Assembly (NCBI GenBank): GCA_965214705.1
Contig: CBDCCI010000002.1
Span: forward strand, 1,280,001 to 1,344,000
DNA from: Alphaproteobacteria bacterium
GTDB lineage: Bacteria > Pseudomonadota > Alphaproteobacteria > UBA828
Length of the DNA stretch: 64,000 nt
Direction: 5' to 3'
In this document: one piece after another, positions 9,856-20,301 of the stretch
Layout: each line of letters starts with the position of its first letter
Position numbering within the stretch: the stretch's first letter is position 1
The notes under the pieces: generated by a model
Database searches by the model: none
What the model saw: only the letters and a program-made list of their open reading frames with translations
Told to the model about the DNA's origin: nothing
Translations under genes and position numbers: made by a program

Positions 9856-10029
9856 ATGGGGACCTTGACGCGCGCGGATCTGGCGAGGGCCGTCAGCGAG
9901 GAGACGGGATGGACGCAGCGCAACGCGAGGAAGTTTGTCGACGCGGTATTCGAGGCGATCATGGCCCGCCTTGAGGCAGGGGAGACGGTGAAGCTCACCG
10001 GCTTCGGCAGCTTCAACCTGCGCGATTGA
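9856..10029 (+). pseudogene. ihfA: truncated first copy of IHF alpha
   Basis: MGTLTRADLARAV...VKLTGFGSFNLRD then a stop created at the duplication junction. Confidence 0.75.
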
Positions 10030-10186
10030 CGCGCGCGGATCTGGCGAGGGCCGTCAGCGAGGAGACGGGATGGACGCAGCGCAACGCGAGGAAGTTTGTC
10101 GACGCGGTATTCGAGGCGATCATGGCCCGCCTTGAGGCAGGGGAGACGGTGAAGCTCACCGGCTTCGGCAGCTTCAACCTGCGCGA
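9865..10186 (+). repeat. 161-bp direct tandem duplication inside ihfA
   Basis: 9865-10025 and 10026-10186 both run TTGACGCGCGCGGATC...CTTCAACCTGCGCGA. Confidence 0.9.
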
Positions 10187-10361
10187 CAAGAGCGAGCGTC
10201 TGGGCCGCAATCCCCATACCCTGGAGGCGGCGCCGATAGCGCCGCGCCGTGTGGTGATCTTCCGGGCTTCCCATGTGCTGAAGAAGCGAATCGCCAAAGG
10301 ACTGTCGGGCGGCCGGGACGGCATTTCGGCAGAGAGCCCCGCATCCGGAGTTGGATTATAG
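10026..10361 (+). CDS. ihfA: integration host factor subunit alpha-like (TTG start)
   Basis: TRADLA..VKLTGFGSF.LRDKSERLGRNP.T...I.PRRVV.FRAS.VLK. Confidence 0.8.
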   Translation: MTRADLARAVSEETGWTQRNARKFVDAVFEAIMARLEAGETVKLTGFGSFNLRDKSERLGRNPHTLEAAPIAPRRVVIFRASHVLKKRIAKGLSGGRDGISAESPASGVGL

Positions 10362-10372
10362 GGAGTGCCGGA

Positions 10373-11797
10373 ATGAGTCGGAGCCGTCTCGACGCTGAGC
10401 CTACCGTCTTGTCCGATTCCATAGACGAGGCTGTGTCCCCGCCGAGCCCGATTGCAACACTGGCGGAAGCATCGCGGGTTGCAAACGGTATCGAGGATCC
10501 CGCCAGTCGGGTCGAGGCGCTCGCTGCGATCTCCGAAGGGCTGCACAAGGCTGGCGATATCTCGCGCGTGGCCGACACCATGTTGGAGGCTCTCGCCGTG
10601 GCCGAGGCAATGACGGGAGACACCGCACGGGCGTCCGGGCTCGCCTCGATCGCGGAGGTGCAGGCGTCGACCGGCGACCTTCCGTCGGCGCGGGCGACCG
10701 TGGCGAAGGCATTGGAGACCGTGCCCGAGACCGGTAATGACGATGCGCGGGGGGACGTCCTCGCCTCCATCGCACGGGCTCAGGCGAAAGCAGGCGATGC
10801 CGCCGGCGCCCTGACAACGGCAGAGCGCCTGGCAACGGAGTTCCTCCGACAGCGCTCGCTGTCCGGCATCGCCATAGCTTTATCTTCGGCAGGCATGTTC
10901 CGTGCTGCGCTGTCTGTGTCGCAGGCAATCGCGTCACCTGATGCACGAGCCTATGCGTTGACTTCGATCGCCAGGGAACAAGTCCGCTGCGGCGACGTTT
11001 CGGGCGCGGAGCTTTCGATTGCGCGAGCGCTTGAAGCCGCCAGCGTATTCATGGACGTCGAGCGGGTCCTGTTGCTGGTCGAACTCTGCCGTGTTCAGAT
11101 CTCTATCGGAAGCAATTCGGGCGCTGCGGACTCGATGGCCGAAGCCCTGTTCGTTGCCGAATCGGCCTCCGAGGAGAGCGATCGCGTTTGGGCGTTCGCG
11201 CATATCGCCCGCAACCAGCCGAGGCTCGGCTATCCTTCACAGGCGCGGCACACGATCGCCAGGGCAATTACGGCCGCTGAAGGAATTGCGGCAGACCGCG
11301 ACCGTGCATCCGCTCTCTGCCAAATAGCGGAAGCACAGGCCAGGACCGGCGACCGGACCGGCGCGTTGAGTTCGATCGCCGAGGCAGTTGAAATCGTCAA
11401 TAGACCTGGGGATGCCTGGGACCGCGACTACATCCTGTCTCAAATCGCCGTGGCGGAGGCTACGGCAGGCGACGACCATGCGGCGCTCTCAACCGCTCGC
11501 CGCGTCAAGGAACTGCCCGGGCCCGATGCACTGCTGAGCGAAATCTGCGAAGTGCAGTGCTGGGAACACAATTTCCCGGAGGCCATTGCAACGGCCCGGG
11601 AGATTTCGGGGGCTCGTCTGCGGAGCGGGGCGTTTGCCGACATCGCGAGGTACAGTGCTCGAGACGGCAACACTTCGGGGGTTGGGCAGGCGGTAGTCCT
11701 GGCCCTGGAGGCTGCGGCGTCGATAGCGGATGACTTCGAGCACGCGATGATCCTGGTGGAGGTCGCCGCGGCTCAGCTCGACGCCGTCACGGATTGA
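10373..11797 (+). CDS. TPR-like helical repeat protein
   Basis: Recurrent ~35-40 aa units like AL..IA..QA..GD...A...A.AL..A..I across 474 aa. Confidence 0.75.
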   Translation: MSRSRLDAEPTVLSDSIDEAVSPPSPIATLAEASRVANGIEDPASRVEALAAISEGLHKAGDISRVADTMLEALAVAEAMTGDTARASGLASIAEVQASTGDLPSARATVAKALETVPETGNDDARGDVLASIARAQAKAGDAAGALTTAERLATEFLRQRSLSGIAIALSSAGMFRAALSVSQAIASPDARAYALTSIAREQVRCGDVSGAELSIARALEAASVFMDVERVLLLVELCRVQISIGSNSGAADSMAEALFVAESASEESDRVWAFAHIARNQPRLGYPSQARHTIARAITAAEGIAADRDRASALCQIAEAQARTGDRTGALSSIAEAVEIVNRPGDAWDRDYILSQIAVAEATAGDDHAALSTARRVKELPGPDALLSEICEVQCWEHNFPEAIATAREISGARLRSGAFADIARYSARDGNTSGVGQAVVLALEAAASIADDFEHAMILVEVAAAQLDAVTD

Positions 11798-11883
11798 CGT
11801 CCACTCCCGCCGGCATGACTCGGCTTCGCTTCGACGATGCCGGAGCGGACTGGAGCGGTACGTTGCAGAAGGAGCGTTTCATC

Positions 11884-11990
11884 GTAAGGCCGGTATCGAG
11901 GCCCCATGCTCCAACGAATCTGATTTCGCGGCCGACTCCGGGCGTTGACAAGGAGCCTGAGAGGAGGCATCGCGATGACGGGTTTGGAAA
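11884..11990 (+). mobile_element. IS66 left-end remnant
   Basis: GTAAGGCCGGTATCGAGGCCCCATG...ATCTGATTTCG...TTGAC...ATCGCGATGAC is colinear with the intact IS66 left end at 37803-37897. Confidence 0.7.
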
Positions 11991-12019
11991 TTCTGCCCGG
12001 CCACAAGATCGGCAGCATC

Positions 12020-12165
12020 TCGGTCGAGGCGTCAGTGCGCGGCGAGATCATCGTCTGCGCCTTGCGCGCGGGCTTGCTCACGCGCCTGATCTTCGGGAGG
12101 CCGGGCAGCGTGGAGGTGCCGACGGCGCGCTTTCCTTACGTGACGCTTGATCAGGGGTCCCAGTC
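12020..12165 (-). pseudogene. fragment of HU-family gene paralogous to 5472-5813
   Basis: Nucleotide similarity to ~5550-5690 (GTGCGCGGCGAGATCATCGTC, GTGCCGACGGCGCGC); encodes KPARKAQTMISPRT; frameshifted. Confidence 0.7.
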
Positions 12166-12721
12166 GGGCGCGGCTGCGACGCCACGGGCTCCGCCTCTCC
12201 CTGCGCCAAGCGTTCTGACCCGGTTCCCGCCGCGGCAAGGCCGATGGGAGGAAGCGCGCGCCGGCCATTGGGATCGCGGGCCTCCGAAATCAGAGCGTTC
12301 GGGACGCGCGGGCGGGCTCGGCATGTGCACCGCCGCTCCGAGGGCCTGAGCGGCCCGCGTCTTACCGCTGGCACCCGACGTCCGCGTCTGATTGGTGATC
12401 CCGCAAGAGCGCGAAGGACATCGGGGTAGCGATCGCGGATCAGGTTGAAGGGCATCACGGCTACTCGCCGTTGCTCGCGGCGGATGGAGAGTACCGCATG
12501 GGGATCTCGGGAACCGACAGGACATCCGTGTCCGCGAGATCCAGCCGTCGTGCCCGCGCAAGCTCCGCACGATGCCGGCAAGAAGATGGGGGGCCGGGCA
12601 TGACGTTGCCGGTTGCCTGCGGACGCCTCAGAATATCGGCCGGCTCGATTGGCTGCCGGTTCTCGAGCGTGGCGAGTCGGTCAACGCCTTGAGGCCTCAC
12701 CGGCGAGAAGGAACTCCAGGT

Positions 12722-13099
12722 ATGACCGAGCATCGCTGGCAGGACATCTGGATCGAGCAGTGCGAGGCAGCCGAGGACATCATGCACGGTTTTGGAGTCG
12801 AATCGGCCTTCGACTACATCGTCGGCGAGAAGCTTGTCACCTTCGCGCAGGCGGCTGCGGAACGTCCCGAGTTCGCGCAGGCGCTGCCCGGTTTCGTGTC
12901 GAGGCTGCGGAGCATGTTCACGCCCGAGGAAATGCAGGACAATTTCGCCCGGTTCGAGCAGTTGTTGCACGACATGGAAGAGGCCGCTGCGGAAGAGCCC
13001 GAACTGAGCATTTATGATCCGGAGGCGATCGCCGAGCATGCGCGGCAGCTGGGCCTGCTCAGGGAGTTGCTGTTCGCGCCCGCGCTCGGGACATCGTGA
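12722..13099 (+). CDS. hypothetical protein coupled to recD2
   Basis: MTEHRWQDIWIEQCEAAEDI...AFDYIVGEKL..FA.AA; its stop overlaps the recD2 start (GTGA). Confidence 0.75.
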   Translation: MTEHRWQDIWIEQCEAAEDIMHGFGVESAFDYIVGEKLVTFAQAAAERPEFAQALPGFVSRLRSMFTPEEMQDNFARFEQLLHDMEEAAAEEPELSIYDPEAIAEHARQLGLLRELLFAPALGTS

Positions 13100-15324
13100 A
13101 GCCGGGCGTCCGGCCGGCGCCGTCACCGGACCGCGAGGTTCTGGCGGGTCTGGTCGAGCGCGTCACCTTCCACAATCCCGAGAGCGGCTTCTGCGTGCTT
13201 CGGACCAAGGCGCGGGGCCACCGCGACCTCGTCACCGTGGTCGGTCACGCCGCCATGGTCGGGGCCGGGGAATGGATCACGGCCTCCGGCGAATGGGTCA
13301 ACGACCGCACCCACGGCCACCAGTTCAAGGCACGCTTCGTGCGCACCTCCACGCCGTCATCCGTGGAGGGCATCGAGAAGTACCTGGGCTCGGGCACGAT
13401 CCGGGGCATCGGCCCGGTCTACGCCGGCAAGCTGGTCCGGGCATTCGGCGAGAAGGTCTTCGACGTCATCGAGGCGGAGCCCGGCCGGCTGCGCGAGGTG
13501 ACGGGCATCGGGCCGATGCGCGCCGGACGTATCACCGACGCCTGGGCGGAGCAGAAGGCGGTGCGCGAGATCATGGTGTTTCTCCACGGCCACGGCGTGG
13601 GCACGGCGCGAGCGGTGCGCATATTCAAGACCTACGGCGCCGACGCGGTCGAGGTCATGACGGAGAACCCGTACCGGCTCGCCCGCGACATCCGCGGCAT
13701 CGGCTTCAAGACGGCCGACGCGATCGCGATGAAGCTCGGCATCGAGAAGACGGCGACGGTCCGGGTGCGCGCAGGCATCTCGTATGCGCTGACCGAGGCT
13801 ATGGACGAGGGGCATTGCGGGCTGCCGGCGGACGAGCTGGGACCGCTGGCATCCCGGCTTCTGGAAGTGTCCGACGACCTGATCCGCACCGCGCTCGATC
13901 TGGAGTTGGCCGAAGGCACCGTGGTCGCGGACACGGTGGAAGACACCCCCTGCATCTTTCTCGGCGGTCTCTACCGGGCAGAACAGGCGATCGCGGAGCG
14001 GTTGTCGAGCATCGCCGCGGGCAGGCTGCCCTGGCCCGGCATCGACGCGGAGAAGGCGCTGCCGTGGGTCGGGCGTAAGACGGGGCTCACGCTGGCGGCC
14101 GGCCAGGCCGAGGCAGTGCGTCTGGCGCTCACCTCCAAGGTCACTGTCGTCACCGGCGGCCCTGGCGTGGGCAAGACGACGATCGTCAACGCCATCCTGC
14201 GCATCCTGTCGGCCAAGGGCGTGGAGCTTCTGCTGTGCGCGCCGACCGGGCGCGCCGCGAAGCGGATGAGCGAGGCCACCGGCCTGGAGGCGAAAACCAT
14301 CCACCGCCTGCTCGAGGTCGACCCAAGGCATGGCGGGTTCAGGCGCGATGGGGACAACCCCCTCGACTGCAGTCTCCTGGTGATCGACGAGACGTCCATG
14401 GTGGACGTCATGCTGATGCGCTCGCTGCTGGCAGCGGTGCCCGACGAGGCCGCACTGCTGATCGTGGGCGACGTCGACCAGCTGCCCTCGGTGGGTCCCG
14501 GCCAGGTACTCGCGGACATCATCGCCTCCGGCGCGTTTCCGGTGGCGCGCTTGACTGAGGTCTTCCGTCAGGCGGCGCGGAGCCGGATCGTAACCACCGC
14601 CCACGGCATCAACCGGGGCGCCATCCCCGACCTGTCCCGGCCGGACGGCGAGAGCGACTTCTACTTCGTGCCAGCGGACGGCCCGGAAACCGCCGCCGCG
14701 AGGATCGTCGAGCTGGTGAAGACGCGCATCCCGAAGCGCTTCGGCCTCGACCCGGTCCGCGACATCCAGGTGCTGTGCCCGATGAACCGCGGTGGGGCGG
14801 GCGCGCGGTCGCTCAACATCGAGCTCCAGTCCGCCCTCAACCCTGCCGGCGAACGCAAGGTCGAGCGCTTCGGCTGGACCTTCGCGCCCGGCGACAAGGT
14901 GATGCAGATCGAGAACGACTACGACAAGGAGGTCTACAACGGCGACATTGGCCACGTCGTCGACGTGGACCCCGAAACGGGGGAACTCACCGCGCATTTC
15001 GAGGGAAGCGATCACGTCTACGGCTTCGGCGAGCTCGACACGCTGGTGCCGGCCTATGCCGCGACCGTGCACAAAAGCCAGGGCTCGGAGTACCCGGCGG
15101 TGATCGTGCCGGTGCTGACCCAGCACTACGCGATGCTGCGGCGGAATCTCCTTTACACAGGCGTCACGCGGGGCAAGCGGCTGGTGGTGCTGGTGGGCCA
15201 GAAGAAGGCGGTGGCCATTGCGGTGCGCAACGTCTCGGGACGGCGGCGCTGGTCGAAGCTCGACGAATGGCTGGGCCTCAACGGCTCCGATCGCGGAAGC
15301 CTTGAGAGTGCATCGCGGCGATAA
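13096..15324 (+). CDS. recD2: ATP-dependent RecD2-like SF1B DNA helicase
   Basis: N-terminal OB-like part (VERVTFHN), HhH repeats (GIGPVYA, GIGFKTAD), Walker A GGPGVGKT, IDETSM, GDVDQLPSVG, TVHKSQGSEY, LYTGVTRG. Confidence 0.95.
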   Translation: MKPGVRPAPSPDREVLAGLVERVTFHNPESGFCVLRTKARGHRDLVTVVGHAAMVGAGEWITASGEWVNDRTHGHQFKARFVRTSTPSSVEGIEKYLGSGTIRGIGPVYAGKLVRAFGEKVFDVIEAEPGRLREVTGIGPMRAGRITDAWAEQKAVREIMVFLHGHGVGTARAVRIFKTYGADAVEVMTENPYRLARDIRGIGFKTADAIAMKLGIEKTATVRVRAGISYALTEAMDEGHCGLPADELGPLASRLLEVSDDLIRTALDLELAEGTVVADTVEDTPCIFLGGLYRAEQAIAERLSSIAAGRLPWPGIDAEKALPWVGRKTGLTLAAGQAEAVRLALTSKVTVVTGGPGVGKTTIVNAILRILSAKGVELLLCAPTGRAAKRMSEATGLEAKTIHRLLEVDPRHGGFRRDGDNPLDCSLLVIDETSMVDVMLMRSLLAAVPDEAALLIVGDVDQLPSVGPGQVLADIIASGAFPVARLTEVFRQAARSRIVTTAHGINRGAIPDLSRPDGESDFYFVPADGPETAAARIVELVKTRIPKRFGLDPVRDIQVLCPMNRGGAGARSLNIELQSALNPAGERKVERFGWTFAPGDKVMQIENDYDKEVYNGDIGHVVDVDPETGELTAHFEGSDHVYGFGELDTLVPAYAATVHKSQGSEYPAVIVPVLTQHYAMLRRNLLYTGVTRGKRLVVLVGQKKAVAIAVRNVSGRRRWSKLDEWLGLNGSDRGSLESASRR

Positions 15325-15385
15325 CCGGTGGCGCCCGGCACGCGGTCGCGACGCCGCCCCGGCCGGATGGCGCGGGAGCGGCGGG

Positions 15386-15652
15386 TCAATGCCCGGTGCC
15401 CGGTCCGGTGGCGGGAGAGCGCAGACAGCGGGCAGCGAACGCGGTCCATGAGTCCCGGTCGTGGCCGAGCCGACGGTTCAGGACATCGCACATACGTAGC
15501 GCATCGTCGATACCGAGCGCGACCATTGCGGTGGGGATGCTGGCGCTCATTCCGTCGACGGCGATCGCGATGCGGTGGACCCCGTCCTCATCGGGCAGGT
15601 CCTCTGCGAAGAAGACGAAATCCACTTCGTCCGGCAGGGCATCGACGCTCAT
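15386..15652 (-). CDS. hypothetical protein (88 aa)
   Basis: MSVDALPDEVDFVFFAEDLP...; GGAG RBS; globular composition. Confidence 0.55.
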   Translation of the reverse strand: MSVDALPDEVDFVFFAEDLPDEDGVHRIAIAVDGMSASIPTAMVALGIDDALRMCDVLNRRLGHDRDSWTAFAARCLRSPATGPGTGH

Positions 15653-16119
15653 ATGCTGGCTCCGTTGGCGATTGTGCCGGTGCCCGCCGCCGGGCCGGCA
15701 TCCCTATTTGGCGCGGCGGCGGTTTGGCCGTCCACCGGCCGCACGGGTAGAAGAGGCCGACACCTGTCCCCGTCAACGCGTGCTCGCCATCGCCGCGGCG
15801 CCCGCGGCGATGGACGAACTGCTGACCGACATCACTCCGCAGCTACGAAGATGCTGAGACGCGCGGCTTCGAAATCGTCTTGCGCCAGGAAATGGAAACG
15901 CTCGTCGTTGTGAGTCTGGGCGACGCCGGAGCCGCAGACGGGCCTGGGCATTCGTTGAAGCAGAAGACGATGGGCGGTCTCGATTGCCTGTGCAGGGACG
16001 GATGCAGCCCCATGACGCTCACGAAGGGCAGCGCGGTCAAGGAAGGCTCATGACAAGTTGTCCACAGCAGCCGGGCGGGAACAGTCAGCGCTTGAGAGCG
16101 GGCGTTCCGCCATGTCCGT

Positions 16120-17533
16120 TTAGCGGGCGGAGCCCGCGAGGCCGCGTCCACCGCTCGCCAGCCACTCCTCGAATCTCTCGGTAAGCGCGACCTGGTGCGT
16201 GGCCCACCATTCGGCGTCGGTCTGCAGGGCGCGGGCGAGGTTGTCCGGCGCGGTGGGCAGGTGCGGCTTGGTCTCGTCGGAGACCAGCGCCATGGAGGAC
16301 ATCCTCGCCGGCCCGTAGGAAATGTATTTCGTCTGCTCCGCGAGCGGCCCCGTGCTGGTCGCGAAGCGGATGAAGTCCGTGGCCTTGTGCAGGTTGTCGC
16401 TCCCCTTGGGGATGCCCCAGGAGTCGATGTCCCAGATCTGGCCGTCCCACAGGATGGCGTAGGGCTTGCCGTCTTCGACGATCGGGCGATACATGCGCCC
16501 GTTCCACACCGAGGTCATGACGACCTCGTCCGAATTGAGCAGGCGTAGCGGGTCCGCACCCGCCTCCCACCACTCGATGTGGTTCTTGATCTCGTCCATG
16601 ACCGAGAACAGCGGCTGGTATCACGCTCGCTGGCGGGATGGACCATCCTGGCGACGATCAGCGCGCTGGCGATGCGCCCGTCGCGGCCCTTGATGTCGAG
16701 GCCGTGGAGGATTTCGGCGAAGCCGAGGGCGTCGAGGGCCTTGAGGCACAGGCGCTCGCAACCGTGCGCGGGTTCTCGTGCAGGGTATCGAGGTCGACGG
16801 TGGCGATGTCGGGCTTCGCGCCTCTTCCTGCATCGCCTCGGAACCCCCTGGCCCTGAGCTTGGCGACGATGTCCTCGGTGCGGCCCGCCCGGTCAAGCCC
16901 GTCCTCGGTCTCGAGCAGGGCGTAGACCTCCTCCGGTGCAGCGCCATCGGCGATCAGGGCCCATTCGAGGATCACGCGCGGATCGCGCCGAAGCCCGCGC
17001 TTGCCGGGGAACGCATCGACATCGAAGAAGTCGGCGAGGGTGGCGGGAGCGCTCTCGCCCACCGCTTCGGTATCGTAGCCCACCACCGTCGACCACACGG
17101 TCTGGCCGACGCCGCAGGGAGTGAACGCGCCGGGGATGAAGTCGTCGGCTGCCGACGTGCCGTCGTCGCCCGGCGGCAGCGTGCCGTGGTCGAATTCTTC
17201 CAGCAGGCCTTCGCGGCAGCCCCGGATCAGGTCCGAGAGCTCGAAGTCCACCACGTCCCAGGTCACGTTCTCGGTCTCGACCTGCTCGCGAATCTCATCG
17301 AGCCCGCCGTTGTAGGTCTCCATCGACACCCATTCGCCGCTCGAGATGCGGTAGGGCTTCACGTAGGCCAGCATCTGGCTCCGGGTGTAGGCGCCGCCCC
17401 AGGAGACGATGGTCAGCTCCTTCGTCGGTGCCGCAACCTGATGCTCCGGCGGCTCGTCCCCGGCAAACGCGGGCACCGAAACCGACAGTGCGACCGACAA
17501 GGCAAAGGCCCCAATCCCCCGACAAGATGCCAT
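16120..17533 (-). pseudogene. polyamine-type ABC substrate-binding protein, interrupted by a 277-bp insert
   Basis: Signal peptide, LTIVSWGGAY..SQ, FPGKRGLR, ..EDGLDRA | FSVMDEIK..WNGR..ERFEEWLA. The halves are 16886-17533 and 16120-16608. Confidence 0.85.
16609..16885 (-). mobile_element. internal fragment of an IS1634-family transposase
   Basis: Across a frameshift it reads DIATVDLDTL.HENPRTV..ERLCLKALDALGFAEIL..IASALIVARMVHPASERDT, similar to the IS1634 N-terminal region; no IS ends seen. Confidence 0.6.
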
Positions 17534-17582
17534 CTCCGCTCCCCCTCTAGTTCGAGCCTCGAGTAATCGCACGGCAGCGAAC

Positions 17583-19244
17583 TCAGCCTCGAAGGTCACC
17601 CTTCAAACTGGTGCCGTCGGGTGCCTTGTCGCCGCTCGGCATGGGCACGGCGCTCGGGTCCTCGTGCAGGGACTTGATGATGCCGTAGGTCATCATCAGC
17701 ATGATGACGCTGACCGGCAGGGCGGCGGCGATGGAGGCGGTTTGAAGCGCCTTCAGCCCGCCGGCCAGCAGCAGCACCGCAGCAACAAAACCCTCTCCCA
17801 GCCCCCAGAAGATGCGGAACTTCCTGGGCGGATTGTCGCTGCCCATGCTGAGCATGGTGGTGATGACGAGCGTGCCTGAATCCGAGGACGTGATGAACCA
17901 CGTCGCCAGCAGGAAGGTCGCCAGCGCCGCCATGATCCAGTTCAGCCACGTAATGCCCGTCACCAGGTCAATGGTGCCGTAGAGCGCGGCGGGCAGGTTC
18001 CAATCCCTGATCAGTTGGGCGACACCGGCAGTGCCGACGCCGCCGGCCGCCTCCAGCTCGGCGTACATGGCGTTGCCGCCGAAGATGCAGAGCCACAGGA
18101 AGGCGATGGTGGTGGGCACGAACATCACGCCGACCATGAACTCGCGGATCGTGCGGCCGCGGCTGATCCTCGCGATGAACATGCCGACGAAGGGAGCCCA
18201 GGAGATCCACCAGCCCCAGTAGAAGATCGTCCACCCGCCCTGCCATGCGGACGCGCCTTCGGTATTGAAGATCTGGAAGCCCATGGGGATGACGTTCCAT
18301 AGATAGTCGCCCACGGAGGTGACGAAGAGGCCGAGCAGCCACTTCGTCGGCCCGCCGAACAGGAAGAAGGCGACCAGCACGATGCTGAGCCAGATGTTCC
18401 ATTCCGAGATGATGCGGATGCCCTTGCCGACCCCGGAGACCGCAGAGAACGTGGCCACGATCGAGATGATCACGATCAGGATGACCTGCGTAATGATGCC
18501 GGGGTCGATCCCGAACAGGTGGTTGAGGCCGGTTGCCATCTGGCTGATGCCGAGCCCGAGGGAGGTCGCGACGCCGAACACGGTCCCGAACACGGCCAGC
18601 AGATCGACGGCGTGGCCGGCGGGGCCGTAGATCTTGTTGCCGATGATCGGGTAGAGCGCCGAACGCAGCGTCAGCGGCAGCTTCTTGCGGTACCCGAAAT
18701 AGGCCAGGCAAAGACCTACGATCACGTAGACCGCCCAGCCGTGGAAGCCCCAGTGGAAGTAGGTGACCCGCATGGCGAGGACCGCGCGGGCCTCGTTCAT
18801 CTCGTGGACGCCGGCCTAGTCGGCGAAGGGATTGTTGGGGTAGCCCCAGGGCATCGTGTTGTCGAAGTAGAACAACGGCTCGGCGATGCTGAAGAAGAGC
18901 AGCCCGATGCCGACGCCGGCCGAGAACAGCATCGCGAAACACGAGAAGGTGCTGAACTCGGGCTTGCTGTCGTCGTCGCCCAGCTTGATGCGCCCGAAGC
19001 GGCTGAACATCAGGTAGAAGCAGGCGAAGAGCATGACGACGAGCGCGCTCATGTAGTACCAGTTGAGCGCGTGCTCGATCCATCCGCGGATCGCCGAGTA
19101 GATGCCATCGGCGATGTCCACGAAGAGCGCCGTGAACAGGACGAACGCCGCGATCATGCCCTTGGACGCGATGCCGGGGTGCAGCCCCTTCCAGAGCCCC
19201 CGGTTCGCGACGTTCTTCGGCATGTTGTCCTGCACCGCTCTCAC
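17583..19244 (-). pseudogene. BCCT-family (betaine/choline/carnitine) transporter with one in-frame TAG
   Basis: KPEFS..S.FAMLFSAG.G.GL.F...AEP, HWGFHGWAVY, WTIFYWGWWISWAPFVGMFIARISRGRT. PFAD*AGVHEM has TAG at 18816-18818 in frame. Confidence 0.85.
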
Positions 19245-19527
19245 CCCTCTCGGTCAGCTCTCGTATGTATTCGATCCTGGCACTGTTTTGCCTCGGGCAG
19301 AGCCGCGAAGAGGGCGCCCCTCCGCCCAATGTGACCGGAGTCTGGCGCGCAGTCGCCGCCCGGCCACCCTTCGACCCCGATTGCTTTCAGGGAGTCCGAG
19401 TGTGTGCGACCAACGGCAACAAGATCGCTACAGGGGTGAAACCGTCATATCCATAGTGTGCGTGAGCCTCACGGTTTGCCTGAACGACGCAAGCGAGTAA
19501 CTTGAAGGGGAAACGAGTCCGCCAAGC

Positions 19528-20301
19528 ATGCCGGTAGCGGCAGACAACGTTCAGGCAACGGCGCGCATCGGCACTTGGAATGTTGAGTGGCCGGCGCCTG
19601 ATAGCGAGCGGGGCATTCGCATTGCCGCCGCCCTGAACGCGCCCGATTGCGACATCGTGTGCGTGACCGATGGGTGCGCGGATATCCTTCCCGCTGGCGG
19701 TCATACCATCGATGGCGGACCGGATTGCAGCTATAGCCACGAAGAAACGCGGCGCAACGTCCTGCTCTGGAGCAAGCAGCCCTGGGCCGCAGTGGACATC
19801 GGCGACTCCGGGGCGCTTCCGGGCAGGGGGCTGGTAGCGGGCATCACCCTGACCGCGCTGGGTCCGCTGACGGTGGTCGGTGTCTGCATTCCCTGGCGGG
19901 ATGCGCACGTGCGCTCGGGCCGCAAGGACCGCAGCCAGTGGCAGGAGCACGAGGCATGGCTGGCGGGGTTCGAGAGTCTGCCGTACCGGCATGCGAAGAG
20001 GCGCACCGTCGTTCTCGGCGACTTCAATCAGCGTGTTCCGCGACGGTCGCAGCCGAAGGGGGTGCATGCGGCGCTGCTGCATGCGTTCGAGGGTTTCAGC
20101 TTCGCGACTGCCGGGGACCTGGAGGGTGCGCCGGGCAGGGCGCTCGATCACATCGCCCATACGCCGGACATGGCGCCGGCCGGCGGCATCGGATTGTGGC
20201 CCCGGGAAGACTGTCACGACAATCGCCTGTCCAGCCACTTCGGGGTATGGGGCGACTTCGCCTTCGGCACGACCGGCATGCGGCCCGCAAGATGGGCTTG
20301 A
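19528..20301 (+). CDS. endonuclease/exonuclease/phosphatase (EEP) family protein, possibly degenerate
   Basis: RIGTWNV, DIVCVTD, VVLGDFN, LDHI, LSSH. Confidence 0.8.
   Translation: MPVAADNVQATARIGTWNVEWPAPDSERGIRIAAALNAPDCDIVCVTDGCADILPAGGHTIDGGPDCSYSHEETRRNVLLWSKQPWAAVDIGDSGALPGRGLVAGITLTALGPLTVVGVCIPWRDAHVRSGRKDRSQWQEHEAWLAGFESLPYRHAKRRTVVLGDFNQRVPRRSQPKGVHAALLHAFEGFSFATAGDLEGAPGRALDHIAHTPDMAPAGGIGLWPREDCHDNRLSSHFGVWGDFAFGTTGMRPARWA

Noticed and set aside
18816-18818. Pyrrolysine codon
   Set aside because: No pyl genes or methyltransferase context in the window, and neighbouring genes are also decaying.
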